NCBI GenBank assembly: GCA_045863295.1
Contig: BTWA01000007.1
Coordinates: 77,889 to 141,888, forward strand
Source: Candidatus Hydrogenedentota bacterium
GTDB lineage: Bacteria; Hydrogenedentota; Hydrogenedentia; Hydrogenedentales; SLHB01
Direction: 5' to 3'
Length of the DNA: 64,000 nt
The notes under the pieces were generated by a model that did no database searches, was not told where the DNA came from, and saw only the letters and a program-made list of their open reading frames with translations. Below, in pieces: positions 35,808 through 45,871 of this stretch. The position numbers and the translations under genes were made by a program. Position 1 is the stretch's first letter; the number at the start of each line of letters is the position of its first letter.

Positions 35808-37556
35808 TCAAGGCCGCTTTTGAATCTCTTCCACAATTCTTAACCGCAACGCTTCCAATATCATTCCTTTTTCTGGCAGGGGTTGAGTTTGCGCCGGGTT
35901 TTCAAGCCATGTGCTCCAAGTGGGTACTGCCTCCCGGATTATTTTGTCCACGGCCTCTCTTCCACCGCGCTGTTCGAGGATGGTGAGGTATTCGTAGTCT
36001 TCCATGCCGTCCCGGAAATTCTTGAGGCGAATGGATGCGATGGGCCCGTCGATGCCTATCTCTTTTCCGGGGTAGAAGAGAAAGCCTTCTCCATTCCATC
36101 GGACGCGGAATCCGGGATCGTGCCATGGATTGCGGTCCGGGCTTCCCCAATAGACAGATGACCAATAGAGGAAGCCAGTAATGTTATAGCGGCGGTTTAT
36201 CCACGGTGCGATGCGGTAGACCAGAGGTGAAAAGTCGATCTGCCAATACGGCGGATCGTCTTCCTTTACCTCTTCGTAATGGGGATGGTAGCTATGTGCG
36301 CGTTGCGTCAGCGCGGTATAGCTCCAGACAGTATCGCCTTCGGCCTGCACAGCCCGGATAGAGTCTTCATCGATGAATCCGAGCAGGGGACACCAGATGT
36401 CGATGGCTTCATTCAAAGTGCCCCACGCTGGGTCGTGTGTGTAGGTTTGTTCTACGATAAGCCGCCGAAGGCGGGGTTCTGCCTCCTCTATCTGCGCCGC
36501 CAGTTCACGGACCTTGTCGTAATCCTCCAATGTGTTGGGTTCGTCGAACATGTAGATATACGAACGATCCACCCATCCTTTTCTTGCAAGAAATTCATGC
36601 CACGAGGTGTAGTAGTTCTTGCGCTTCACCTGGTCTTCCTCTGAATTGCCGGTGTAGGGAGCCCGGTGAATTTCGAAATTGGTGACATGAAATCGATCCA
36701 TGAATTGTGTCAGTCGAGCTTCCAAATCGGCGTCCACCGCGATCACTCCGTCGTCGCCCGGTGTTGGCATGAGTCTCCGCGGTATAGGCGGATTGATCCG
36801 ATGGTCGGCGGCCATCGCGATGAATTGATCTTCGATGGCGTAGTAGGCCTCCTCGTCGGTGTTAAGTCCCCAGTATGCGGCAACCCGTTCGAATCCGCCG
36901 AAGTGATTTTCGTGTGTAGGACCCTCCGGCAGGGAGAAACCCCACACTATCAGCGTTACCGGCACGTCGACTGGCTTTGCATTTTCCGCGGTAATCGAAA
37001 TCGAACCTTTGTACTCGCCGGATTTCGCGTTTTTTGGAACGGCGATATCAATCCATATGTTTTCGTGGTGGTCCTCCCACACGTTAAACGGGACACCGCC
37101 GAACTGCGCGCCGGATACTTTTTCCCCGTTCCATACGGGAGTCTGGATGGGTTCTCCCGTTACTGGATGGACAAAGGGGACAAGGGGATCGGGAATCCAT
37201 CCCGGCGGTTCGGTTGCGCGAGGCGAAGAGACCCGGACGGGTACGTACACTGCCCGGTACAACGTGCATTCCATGGAAGCGGGCGTGCCGCCGGCATCCA
37301 CCATTGGGTTGGCCTTTGCACTTACATTTAGAAGGCTTCCGTTCCTTGCTGTGACGACCACTAGAAACGATTCGGTCTCATTTTGCGCGGCGGCCAAAGT
37401 GGCCTCCGAGGATCCCGCAATTTCGCCGTTTGGCCTGGCTCTTTCATATGCTGGCAAGACATGCGCTTCTATGGAAGGAGAGTTGGGCTGTGCCATGGCG
37501 ATATCCCGTGTCATGATTGCACAGCCCAGGCAAAGTAGCAGCGAGCAGGGTTTCAT
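35808..37556 (-). CDS. Putative secreted glycoside-hydrolase-like protein (DUF4091-like C-terminal region)
   Basis: Internal start MKPCSLLLCLGCAIMTRDIAMAQP (signal peptide). Trp/Tyr-rich C-terminal motifs (YWQIDF, FLYWSSVYWG, FLFYPG, LKNFRDGMEDYEYL) resemble uncharacterised GH-like families. The assignment is tentative. Confidence 0.45.
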   Translation of the reverse strand: MKPCSLLLCLGCAIMTRDIAMAQPNSPSIEAHVLPAYERARPNGEIAGSSEATLAAAQNETESFLVVVTARNGSLLNVSAKANPMVDAGGTPASMECTLYRAVYVPVRVSSPRATEPPGWIPDPLVPFVHPVTGEPIQTPVWNGEKVSGAQFGGVPFNVWEDHHENIWIDIAVPKNAKSGEYKGSISITAENAKPVDVPVTLIVWGFSLPEGPTHENHFGGFERVAAYWGLNTDEEAYYAIEDQFIAMAADHRINPPIPRRLMPTPGDDGVIAVDADLEARLTQFMDRFHVTNFEIHRAPYTGNSEEDQVKRKNYYTSWHEFLARKGWVDRSYIYMFDEPNTLEDYDKVRELAAQIEEAEPRLRRLIVEQTYTHDPAWGTLNEAIDIWCPLLGFIDEDSIRAVQAEGDTVWSYTALTQRAHSYHPHYEEVKEDDPPYWQIDFSPLVYRIAPWINRRYNITGFLYWSSVYWGSPDRNPWHDPGFRVRWNGEGFLFYPGKEIGIDGPIASIRLKNFRDGMEDYEYLTILEQRGGREAVDKIIREAVPTWSTWLENPAQTQPLPEKGMILEALRLRIVEEIQKRP

Positions 37557-37630
37557 CGCGAATCCTCCCGTTATCACGCTTGGACCATCCGTGAAGTCCA
37601 TCGCGCCTTATCCATTGACTCTATACCGCA

Positions 37631-39010
37631 TTGGATAGTATTTTCATGCATCTGGCGACGATACCGTTCAGTAGAAGTGGACATCCCTTGATATCACGCA
37701 TTATATCCGCATCATCGCGTTCACCCGGGACTTTCCTTGCGTTTTTTTTCCTGATGGTATTTTCCGGTTGCCAGACAACTGTCAGCATGATGCCAACACC
37801 CAATATCTACAGGAACGGTGGAGAAAACCCGTTCGAATCGGTGCGAAGCGAATTCAGGACCAACGAAGTAGACATCATTTATGCAACCGACCGTATGCCG
37901 GATGATTTATCTGACGCGCCGCATGTTCAGTATGGCCATATGCGGAGTCCGAAGCTTGTATTTGGCCAAGCCCGGATAGGGTTTGGCGAGGATGTATCGT
38001 GGGAAAACCTGGTGGAAGAGAGCCTTTCCGGTTCGCCCCGCAAGGACATGGCTCCGCGCGTTATTGATGTCCGTGAGATAACTTCGCTTCCGGATCCGGT
38101 GGACTACTTGAATCCAGGGGTTCATGCGTTTTCGGACGACAGTGCGTTGTTGAATATCGAGCAAGCGGCCGCGTTGCGTTTGCATAGTCTGGTAAACGAC
38201 TACGTTGAGGGGAGTGAGCATCGCGAAGCTTATGTGTTTGTACACGGGTACAACGTAAACTTTGACGATTCCGTCAAGGTGATGGCAGAACTTTGGCATT
38301 TTCTGGGCAGGGACGGGGTACCGATTGCCTATACGTGGCCCGCGGGTCACGGCGGCTTGCGGGGGTATACGATTGATCGGGAATCGGGAGAGTTTACGGT
38401 CTGGCATCTGAAGAGGTTTCTAACGGCTCTTGCAGCGTGTCCCTCGCTGGACAGGATCAACATTATTGCTCATAGCCGCGGTACTGATGTTGTGATAACA
38501 GCATTGCGCGAGTTGCACCAATTTCATTTGGGTGGAAATCGCGATACTCGAAGCGTATTGAAATTGGGCAACGTGGTGCTTGCCGCGCCGGATTTGGATC
38601 TCCAGGTGGCGACGCAACGCATTATCCCGGAAGGCTTGGGGAGCGTACCCGAGCGACTGACCATATACATTTCCGAAAAAGACCGGGCGATGGAAGCCTC
38701 CAACTGGTTGTTCGGCGGTGTGGCTCGACTTGGCCGACTAACGATGGCCCTTTTATTGCCTTTGGAATCCCGCCGGTATGAGTCCATGGATACCGTCGCG
38801 GTGATCGATGCCCGTACCAAACGTGCTGATATTTATGGGCACAGTTACTTTTATCAGAGTCCCGCAGTGAGCTCCGATCTTATTTTGTTATTGCGTAAAA
38901 ACTGTGATCCAGGTATTGAGAATGGGCGCCCCCTTCGTCTTGCCGCCCCGAAGTATTGGGTTCTCGATGATTCCTATCCTTCGTTTCCGAAGGGTGAAGA
39001 CGGCCAATAG
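37631..39010 (+). CDS. Lipoprotein alpha/beta-hydrolase of the DUF900 family
   Basis: Lipobox-like FLMVFSGC. VFVHGYNVNFDDS and IIAHSRGTDV (the AHSxG serine motif characteristic of DUF900) with downstream Asp/His candidates. Confidence 0.65.
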   Translation: MDSIFMHLATIPFSRSGHPLISRIISASSRSPGTFLAFFFLMVFSGCQTTVSMMPTPNIYRNGGENPFESVRSEFRTNEVDIIYATDRMPDDLSDAPHVQYGHMRSPKLVFGQARIGFGEDVSWENLVEESLSGSPRKDMAPRVIDVREITSLPDPVDYLNPGVHAFSDDSALLNIEQAAALRLHSLVNDYVEGSEHREAYVFVHGYNVNFDDSVKVMAELWHFLGRDGVPIAYTWPAGHGGLRGYTIDRESGEFTVWHLKRFLTALAACPSLDRINIIAHSRGTDVVITALRELHQFHLGGNRDTRSVLKLGNVVLAAPDLDLQVATQRIIPEGLGSVPERLTIYISEKDRAMEASNWLFGGVARLGRLTMALLLPLESRRYESMDTVAVIDARTKRADIYGHSYFYQSPAVSSDLILLLRKNCDPGIENGRPLRLAAPKYWVLDDSYPSFPKGEDGQ

Positions 39011-39185
39011 CACTATCTGAAGGTATTGTTCTGATTAGATTTACGCAATTACGTACGTCGGCCTCTGGGAGGCCACTGCATCTGAAGTCCGATTGCTGTT
39101 CCCGGGGGCTGTAGATTGAAGTAACTTGGAGCTTCTGCTAAAGTCCCGGAACCATAAAACCTATCAATACAAACTTGAGAAGCTC

Positions 39186-39773
39186 GGCATGCCCGGTTAC
39201 CGGCTTATTGCAGGCGTGATTTTGTGGTCCACTTCCGTCGTGTGCGGATTCTGGATCATTGCGCTTTACGAGAATGAGCCCGCCAAGGCCCAAACTGGGA
39301 TGGTTGTTTGGCCCGAAGGTGTGAACCTGCCGGTAATACCCTCTAAGATGCCCCTACTCCTGTTCATTCATCCCAAGTGTCCTTGTACACGGGCAACGTT
39401 GTCCGAACTGGATAGATTGCTTCCGGACATCTCGTCTCGAGTGAGTCCGATCTTGATTTCATATGAGCCTTCCGATCCTGCCCTTGCGGTCGAATGGCGG
39501 AACACAATCAACGTGCGCTATTTCGACCAAACCCCAGGTGTACAAAAGGTATTTGATAAGCGGGGTGATCTGGCAAGGAAATTTGGCGTGTCGGCTTCAG
39601 GAGCTTTACTCCTCTTTGATACGGATGGAAAATTGCTTTTTCAGGGCGGTATCACAAGCAGCCGGGGCCACGAAGGCGCCAATCCAATACAGGACAGTTT
39701 GGTTGACTTGATTCGAGATGGCAGCGGGAGTCCAGTAATTGCTCCTGTTTTTGGCTGCAGTCTGTTCGAGTAG
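39186..39773 (+). CDS. Membrane-anchored thioredoxin-fold protein (TlpA/ResA-like) with an atypical CPC (CxC) active-site motif
   Basis: An N-terminal TM segment (LIAGVILWSTSVVCGFWIIAL) is followed by LLLFIHPKCPCTRATLSEL...GALLLFDTDGKLLFQGG, which fits a thioredoxin-like beta-alpha-beta topology but with C-P-C instead of CxxC. The internal ATG 39186 is preferred. Confidence 0.45.
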   Translation, partial: GMPGYRLIAGVILWSTSVVCGFWIIALYENEPAKAQTGMVVWPEGVNLPVIPSKMPLLLFIHPKCPCTRATLSELDRLLPDISSRVSPILISYEPSDPALAVEWRNTINVRYFDQTPGVQKVFDKRGDLARKFGVSASGALLLFDTDGKLLFQGGITSSRGHEGANPIQDSLVDLIRDGSGSPVIAPVFGCSLFE

Positions 39774-39848
39774 CTGCAGGTCCAGTGCAAACTTAGAATT
39801 GATTGTGTTCTGTTTGAAACACGATATTCGCGAAAGGTAGCGACGATT

Positions 39849-41750
39849 TTGGATGTTCTAGCGCGAGCCAACGAAATATTCGAGGGAGACCGCAAACGCC
39901 TATTCATTCAAGTGGATAAGGTTTTCGGCGGTTTGATGGTATTTCAGTTTATCGCGTCTGTCGTTTTTGCGCTGGTGGTATCGCCGCGTGCGTGGTCGGG
40001 CGAGGTAAGCCATCTACACCCCCATGTTTGGTCGGCGGTTATACTAGGCGGAATCATCTCCATATTTCCGTGTTTATTGGTTCAGCTTTATCCCGGCATG
40101 CTTCTGACGCGCCATGTGGTGGGTGTTTCCCAGATGTTGATGGGAGCATTGTTAATCCACCTTACGGGTGGCCGGATCGAGACTCATTTTCATGTATTTG
40201 GTTCACTTGCATTCCTTTCATTTTACCGTGACTGGCCTGTATTGATTTCGGCTTCAGCTGTTGTCGCCACGGATCATTTTTTGCGGGGCGTATATTGGCC
40301 GCAGTCTGTATTTGGTGTTTTGTTCGCCTCACAATGGCGATGGATTGAGCATGCCGCGTGGGTTGTGTTTATTGATGTGTTCTTGGTTTCGACCTGTATT
40401 CGCAGCATACGAGAGATGAGAGACTCGGCGAGCCGAATGGCTGAACTCGAAGCGACAAACCGCGTAATTGACGCCAAAGTGAAAGAGCGTACTGCTGAAC
40501 TTGCCCGGCATCGGGAAAGGCTTGAAGAGGAAGTCGCTGAGCGTACGTCCGCACTTCAAGCGGCCATGAGTAATCTGAAGGCCAACAATGTCGAACTCGA
40601 ATTGGCGAATCAGCACAAGAACCGATTTCTTTCCACGATGAGCCATGAACTTCGCACGCCGTTGAATGCGATCATCGGATTTACCGATTTGCTGCAATCC
40701 GAGGGATTTGGCACGCTCAACAAGGATCAGAGTGAATATGTAGGCCGTGTGGCTGCCAGTGGCGAACACTTGTTGTCGCTCATTAATGATGTGCTGGATG
40801 TTGCGCGCATCGACGCGGGGACCATGGAATTTCGCGCCGAACCTTTCGAAGTCAAGTTGGCTGTTCATGAAGTGATGAAGATGTTGAGTGAGCCGCTAAA
40901 GAAGAAGAGTATTTCCATCAAGTCTGACATTCCAGATAACGCGGGTGCAGTGGTCGCCGACCAAAGAAAATTCCGGCAAATTCTGCTCAACCTGGTGGGG
41001 AATGCCATTAAGTACAGCCCAGACGGTGGGCACATTGAAATTGGCGCCCGCCCGGATGGAGAACATGAACTTCAAATTTCGGTCAGCGATCACGGTATTG
41101 GGATTGCTGAAGAAGACCAGTCGCGCATATTTGATGAGTTTCACCAAGTAAACCGGCGACGCGATGAGGCACTTGGCGGAATCGGTTTGGGATTGGCACT
41201 GACACGCCGTCTTGTCGATTTGCAAGGCGGCCGGATATGGGTAGAAAGCGAGTTGGGCCGGGGATCCACATTTATATTTACACTTCCCCGCAGTACCGAG
41301 GGGGTTGCCGGGCCTGAATCCGCGGTGCCGGAACTGGAGCAAGCCGGTGGGCGGCAGACGGAGCAAAAACTGATTTTGATCGCCGAAGATAATGAAGCCA
41401 ATCGAGTGATGATTGAGAACATGATTTACTTGAAGCACTACCAGACGGTTCTCGCGTGCAACGGGCGCGAGTGCATTGAGTTGGCTCAAAAACATAGACC
41501 TGACCTAATCCTGACCGATGTCCGCATGCCGGTGATGGATGGCCTGGAAGCCACCCGTCGTCTTCGCGCGATGCCAGATTTTCAGAACATACCGATTATC
41601 GCACTTACGGCCAATGCCAGCGCCGTATCTGAGGAAGATTGTTTGGCGGCGGGGTGCGACGAACATATGGCGAAGCCGGTAAAAATCCGGCAACTTTTTG
41701 CAGCGCTCGACCGGTATTTGAAACCAGAATCCGACCCGATTCCCGCGTAA
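39849..41750 (+). CDS. Hybrid sensor histidine kinase / response regulator with N-terminal His-rich polytopic membrane sensor domain
   Basis: The HisKA H-box NRFLSTMSHELRTPLNAIIGF, the HATPase N/G boxes (LLNLVGNAIKYS, DHGIGI, GGIGLGLAL) and a C-terminal REC domain (LIAEDNEANR...DLILTDVRMPVMDG...KP) are present. The N-terminal 200 aa has 4-6 TM helices with many His residues (HLHPHVW, THFHVFG, ATDHFLRG). Confidence 0.9.
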   Translation: MDVLARANEIFEGDRKRLFIQVDKVFGGLMVFQFIASVVFALVVSPRAWSGEVSHLHPHVWSAVILGGIISIFPCLLVQLYPGMLLTRHVVGVSQMLMGALLIHLTGGRIETHFHVFGSLAFLSFYRDWPVLISASAVVATDHFLRGVYWPQSVFGVLFASQWRWIEHAAWVVFIDVFLVSTCIRSIREMRDSASRMAELEATNRVIDAKVKERTAELARHRERLEEEVAERTSALQAAMSNLKANNVELELANQHKNRFLSTMSHELRTPLNAIIGFTDLLQSEGFGTLNKDQSEYVGRVAASGEHLLSLINDVLDVARIDAGTMEFRAEPFEVKLAVHEVMKMLSEPLKKKSISIKSDIPDNAGAVVADQRKFRQILLNLVGNAIKYSPDGGHIEIGARPDGEHELQISVSDHGIGIAEEDQSRIFDEFHQVNRRRDEALGGIGLGLALTRRLVDLQGGRIWVESELGRGSTFIFTLPRSTEGVAGPESAVPELEQAGGRQTEQKLILIAEDNEANRVMIENMIYLKHYQTVLACNGRECIELAQKHRPDLILTDVRMPVMDGLEATRRLRAMPDFQNIPIIALTANASAVSEEDCLAAGCDEHMAKPVKIRQLFAALDRYLKPESDPIPA

Positions 41751-41775
41751 CGTATAGACGTCAGGATGAGTGTGC

Positions 41776-42912
41776 ATGGAAATGGCCTTAACCGACAAAA
41801 CATCCGAAATGGCCTTGGACAAGGCCGACATTCTGATCGTGGACGACAGCGAGCAGAATCGTGCTGTCCTGGCCGGTCATATTCGCTTAATAGGTCACAC
41901 TTCCCGCGACGCGGAAAACGGGCTCCTGGCATTGGCGGCCATGCGGGCACAGACACCGGACTTGATTTTACTGGATCTCAATATGCCAGTGATGGATGGT
42001 GTAGAAGTTTTGGGGGAGATGGAATCGGATTCGGTACTTTCCGGCATTCCCGTGGTGATTATATCGGGAAACGATGATCCGACGATCATCAGCGAGTGCA
42101 TACGCCGTGGCGCTGACGATTATCTTGTGAAGCCATTCCAGCCCAGGATACTTAGGGCCCGGATCGAGAATTCGCTCGCCAAATTGCGATTCAGGCAAAA
42201 AGAGCGTGCGCTTCATGAAATGACAGAGAGGTACAACGAGGAGCTGAAAGAGCGCGTGCAAGCACAAGTGCGCCAAATCACCGAAGCGCAGTTGAGCACC
42301 ATATTTGCTTTGAGCACGCTTGCGGAATCCCGCGATCCGGAAACCGGCGCACATTTGGAACGCATGCGATCCTACTGCGCATTGCTTGCGAGTGAACTTG
42401 CCACGAATGGCCCCTATGCAGGTGAGATATCGAGGGACTTTGCGGATTTGCTTTATTCAGCTTCGCCACTGCATGACATTGGAAAAGTTGGCGTTCCCGA
42501 CAATGTCTTGTGCAAACCGGGCAAACTTACTGAAGACGAATATGCGATTATGCAGACGCATTGCCAATTGGGCGCGGATACGTTGCGGCGCCTGAAAGAC
42601 AAGTTTCCTGATAATACGTTTCTGGCCATGGGATACGAGATTGCGTTGTACCACCATGAGAAGTGGAATGGCAAGGGCTATCCCTCGGGATTGCGGGAAA
42701 ATGCGATCCCGTTGTCTGCGCGTATACTGGCATTATGCGACGTATACGATGCGCTTACATCCAAGCGATGCTATAAAGACGCGATGTCTCATGAGGCCAG
42801 CGCGGCAATCATTTACAAGGAGCGAGGTGAGCATTTTGATCCCGCAATTGTGGATGCATTTCACAATTGTGAACTTCAGTTTCAGGAAATCTGCAGACAG
42901 TTTCAGGATTAG
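41776..42912 (+). CDS. Response regulator with REC + HD-GYP domain (c-di-GMP phosphodiesterase-type output)
   Basis: The REC domain has ILIVDDSEQNR...LILLDLNMPVMDG...KP. The HD-GYP domain has HLERM...HDIGKVGVPD...HHEKWNGKGYP (HD and GYP signatures). Confidence 0.9.
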   Translation: MEMALTDKTSEMALDKADILIVDDSEQNRAVLAGHIRLIGHTSRDAENGLLALAAMRAQTPDLILLDLNMPVMDGVEVLGEMESDSVLSGIPVVIISGNDDPTIISECIRRGADDYLVKPFQPRILRARIENSLAKLRFRQKERALHEMTERYNEELKERVQAQVRQITEAQLSTIFALSTLAESRDPETGAHLERMRSYCALLASELATNGPYAGEISRDFADLLYSASPLHDIGKVGVPDNVLCKPGKLTEDEYAIMQTHCQLGADTLRRLKDKFPDNTFLAMGYEIALYHHEKWNGKGYPSGLRENAIPLSARILALCDVYDALTSKRCYKDAMSHEASAAIIYKERGEHFDPAIVDAFHNCELQFQEICRQFQD

Positions 42913-42943
42913 GACACAGTTCACCGTTGTACGAAGCGTTTAG

Positions 42944-45871
42944 TTATTCCCATTGGCCGTTGTCGAATTTCGCGCAGTCTGTCTGATCTCCATTCAAATT
43001 CCAGGATACGGCTTCGCCATGGGCATGAAATTCGCGCCAGTGAGACCTTGATTTCAAATTGCCGTTCTGCCAGTAGATGGACATTACTTCGTTACTTTTA
43101 TCCGTGTGGTCCCGCTTCCATTCGGGTTGTCCGTTGGGTGCGTAAGATATTTCGAGTCCGGTCTTTTGACCGAGTTCGTAGGTAGTTTCGTAGCACTTCG
43201 TGCCGTCGCTGTAGAACCACGACTCCGGTCCATGCAGCAAATAGCGTCCGTCATCGCCTACACCGGCGTTCCATGTGTGCTTGGGTTTTCCGTCGGGATA
43301 TGATTCTGAATACAGATTCACGTCGCGAATCACGTGCGCGGAATTTGTCATCAAGGCCTCATTGGGTGGGCTATTTGATTCCGTTGCGAGTATCCATGAT
43401 TCGTTCATGGCGAAGTGGAGGCAGGGTTTATTCATGGTAGTGATAACGTGGATCAATCCGTCCGGCGCCTGGCGCGCCACGGAGTAGCCAAGCGTTGCCT
43501 CCATATTCACCTTTTCGCTGTCCTCGTGTGGCTGCGCTCCGGGGAGTTTCTTCCTAATCCACGTTTCGCCGTCGTCTTCGGAGAGTGCCACCATAGCGCC
43601 CCTTTCCGAGACGGTAACCGGGGAAGCGCCGTCTATTCGTTGCAGATCGCCGCAGAAGAAGAGACGGCCGCTCTTCAATCGGATTACACACGGCCGTTGA
43701 TTGGAGCCGTAAGCGGGAAACGGTGTTTCAGAGACGGTCCACGATTTTGCTTGATCTCGAGAAATAGACTGAGGCATGTACCCGCCGATTTCACTGCTCT
43801 TGCCTCCCAATCCAAGGATCGATTCTCCGTCGGAAAGGAGCGTAATGGTGGTATGCCGGCCGCCGGTTCGGCCACCGGGATCTTCCCATGTATGTAGGCC
43901 GTCTCTGCTGAGCCAGAGTACGGACGACGGTCCTTCGCCGTCGCTGGGCAGGAAGACGCGCCCCTCCTTGTCTTTTAGCATCGTATTGATGGGTTGTCTG
44001 GAATGGGGCCCGAGTAGTGTCGTGAATTGGGGAAATTGGACGTCGCTCCAGTTGGCCCCGCTATCGTTGGTTTCGATCCAGCTAAAGGGATATGCGCCCG
44101 CCGCGTGGGTATTTGCCCAGAAGAAGCGAACAGTTGTTTCGTCCTTCCATAACAGCGGCGTATTGTCGCAAGCGTCCGGCATGTCCATGAAGAGGCTTGG
44201 CATGTCCCATTCGTCGTTGCCGAACCGCAATCGTGTTGCGATAATGGCCATCCCCGGCTCGTATTCCTCCCATGATGTGAATATTGCCATCAACAGATCG
44301 CCGTTGGGCATGACTTCCAGTGCGGGGCTGTGGTTGTGTCCGCAAAAGGCGGGATGCAATCCGAGTAGTGCCATGGCGCGTACATGGCGCGCGATGCGTT
44401 CGGAGTGGGATTGGGCGTTAAATGCGGTAATGGTTTCGGGGGGCGAAGGAAGCAGGTACCGCTTGCGGAAATAGGGTTTGTTTTCCGGCGGTCCGAACGA
44501 AAGGGCCGCACCATGCGTTAACTGTTTTATGCCTCTGTTGACGAACGGTGTGCATGATGCAACGGGAATAGAGTCGGGCATGGTTGCCTGGACGATGCGA
44601 AAGCCGATGTCATGCCGTCCGAGTTCAGCGGGTCCTTTGTCCGCGCCAAATGAGGGAGGCATTCCTGCGCGATTGGACTGCCGTTGATAATAGTAACCGC
44701 GAGTATGGGGCAGCATGAAGCGTGTGTTTGCGTCGATTTTGTTGCCGCGCACGACGCGAGCGACCCCTGAGGCCGGACCGACGGGGTCACGTTCCGCGAA
44801 TGCAGGGTATTCGCCGTACCAGTCGTGACACCATTCCGCGACGTCGTCGCACATGCCAATGAGGCCGAGTTTCCCTGGGGTTGGCTTTGACAGCAGTGGC
44901 AGGTTTGCGGCTTCCACGCCGTGTGCATCGAAGCCGCCAAGCCACGAAGGCAACGCGTTTGTGGTCTTGTTGAACACGAAATACAGCCGAAAGGGCTTGG
45001 TGGCTTGGATGGACAAAAAGCGATCCTCGTTCGAGTACTCTTCAGTCACGCAGGTCTGAACGAGTCTTGCACCTTCGAGCGATTTGTCCATTTCGGTGAC
45101 GAGATATTCACGATCGAGGTACGGCTTTGCGCCAACCTGGAGGTTTGTGTGGACGCGTTGTGGTCCATAGGCGGGTACAGCGATCTTCCATTCACAACCT
45201 GGATCCTCGGACACCACAATGGGTATGAACGTTCCTGCAGATCCGGTGCGTGCACGGTCATTTCCGCCGAACACGTATTCGCCGGCATCGAACAATTTAG
45301 AGTAGACAATTCCTTCAAACGTCGTGGTTTTAAATACGATATTTGGGGCCAAGTTGAGCGCGGAATTTGTGTTGTCTCCGGGACCGCCTCCGTTGAGCGT
45401 GCAGGCGCGTTCCCACTCCGCTTCGGTCGGCAGCCGATAGTGATTTCCGTCCTTGCTGGAGAGCCAAGTACAGTATGCGACGGCGTCGTTCCAACTGACA
45501 CCTGTGACCGATCCCGAAGCGGAGGAGACTGTATGCGTGGGATCGAACCGCTGGTATTCTTCCAATGTGACCTTTTGAGTGGCGATGCGATATTCGTGAG
45601 TGATAATCACTTCGCGCACGGGTAGTTCGTCCCAATCGCCGGAGTCCGAGCCCATGGTGAAGGAACCTCCGGGAACGGTCACGAAGTTGGCATTATCGGA
45701 CGTGGGAGGGGCGCTGTGCACGTAGACGGGCACTGACAAAAGAAGAAACGTCAGAAGTATGTGACGTGGGCGCAAATCGACCCCTCCCTGTGTGTAGAAC
45801 TTACTCGCACCGGCGGCGGCAACTACATAATACGAAGTCGCGCGACGTAAGCCAATCAGGGGGGGATTCAA
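42944..45871 (-). CDS. Secreted multidomain protein: split FGE-sulfatase (SUMF1/EgtB/PvdO-type) domain + BNR/sialidase-like beta-propeller + C-terminal MORN-variant (YwqK-like) repeats
   Basis: The FGE-type N-terminal half (FTMGSDSGDWDELPVREV...VSWNDAVAYCTWLSSKDGNHYRLPTEAEWERAC) and C-terminal half (LIGMCDDVAEWCHDWYGEY...RVVRGNKID...GFRIV) are separated by a roughly 170-aa insert. Four Asp-box-like motifs follow (SNDSGANWSD, SRDGLHTWED, SRDQAKSWTV, SEDDGETWIR). The last 90 aa have a WxYxNGxxK pattern (WFYSDGTKCYET...YAPNGQPEWKRD...IYWQNGNLKSRSHW). The start codon (45871) overlaps the stop of the upstream OMF gene (45868). Confidence 0.65.
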   Translation of the reverse strand: MNPPLIGLRRATSYYVVAAAGASKFYTQGGVDLRPRHILLTFLLLSVPVYVHSAPPTSDNANFVTVPGGSFTMGSDSGDWDELPVREVIITHEYRIATQKVTLEEYQRFDPTHTVSSASGSVTGVSWNDAVAYCTWLSSKDGNHYRLPTEAEWERACTLNGGGPGDNTNSALNLAPNIVFKTTTFEGIVYSKLFDAGEYVFGGNDRARTGSAGTFIPIVVSEDPGCEWKIAVPAYGPQRVHTNLQVGAKPYLDREYLVTEMDKSLEGARLVQTCVTEEYSNEDRFLSIQATKPFRLYFVFNKTTNALPSWLGGFDAHGVEAANLPLLSKPTPGKLGLIGMCDDVAEWCHDWYGEYPAFAERDPVGPASGVARVVRGNKIDANTRFMLPHTRGYYYQRQSNRAGMPPSFGADKGPAELGRHDIGFRIVQATMPDSIPVASCTPFVNRGIKQLTHGAALSFGPPENKPYFRKRYLLPSPPETITAFNAQSHSERIARHVRAMALLGLHPAFCGHNHSPALEVMPNGDLLMAIFTSWEEYEPGMAIIATRLRFGNDEWDMPSLFMDMPDACDNTPLLWKDETTVRFFWANTHAAGAYPFSWIETNDSGANWSDVQFPQFTTLLGPHSRQPINTMLKDKEGRVFLPSDGEGPSSVLWLSRDGLHTWEDPGGRTGGRHTTITLLSDGESILGLGGKSSEIGGYMPQSISRDQAKSWTVSETPFPAYGSNQRPCVIRLKSGRLFFCGDLQRIDGASPVTVSERGAMVALSEDDGETWIRKKLPGAQPHEDSEKVNMEATLGYSVARQAPDGLIHVITTMNKPCLHFAMNESWILATESNSPPNEALMTNSAHVIRDVNLYSESYPDGKPKHTWNAGVGDDGRYLLHGPESWFYSDGTKCYETTYELGQKTGLEISYAPNGQPEWKRDHTDKSNEVMSIYWQNGNLKSRSHWREFHAHGEAVSWNLNGDQTDCAKFDNGQWE

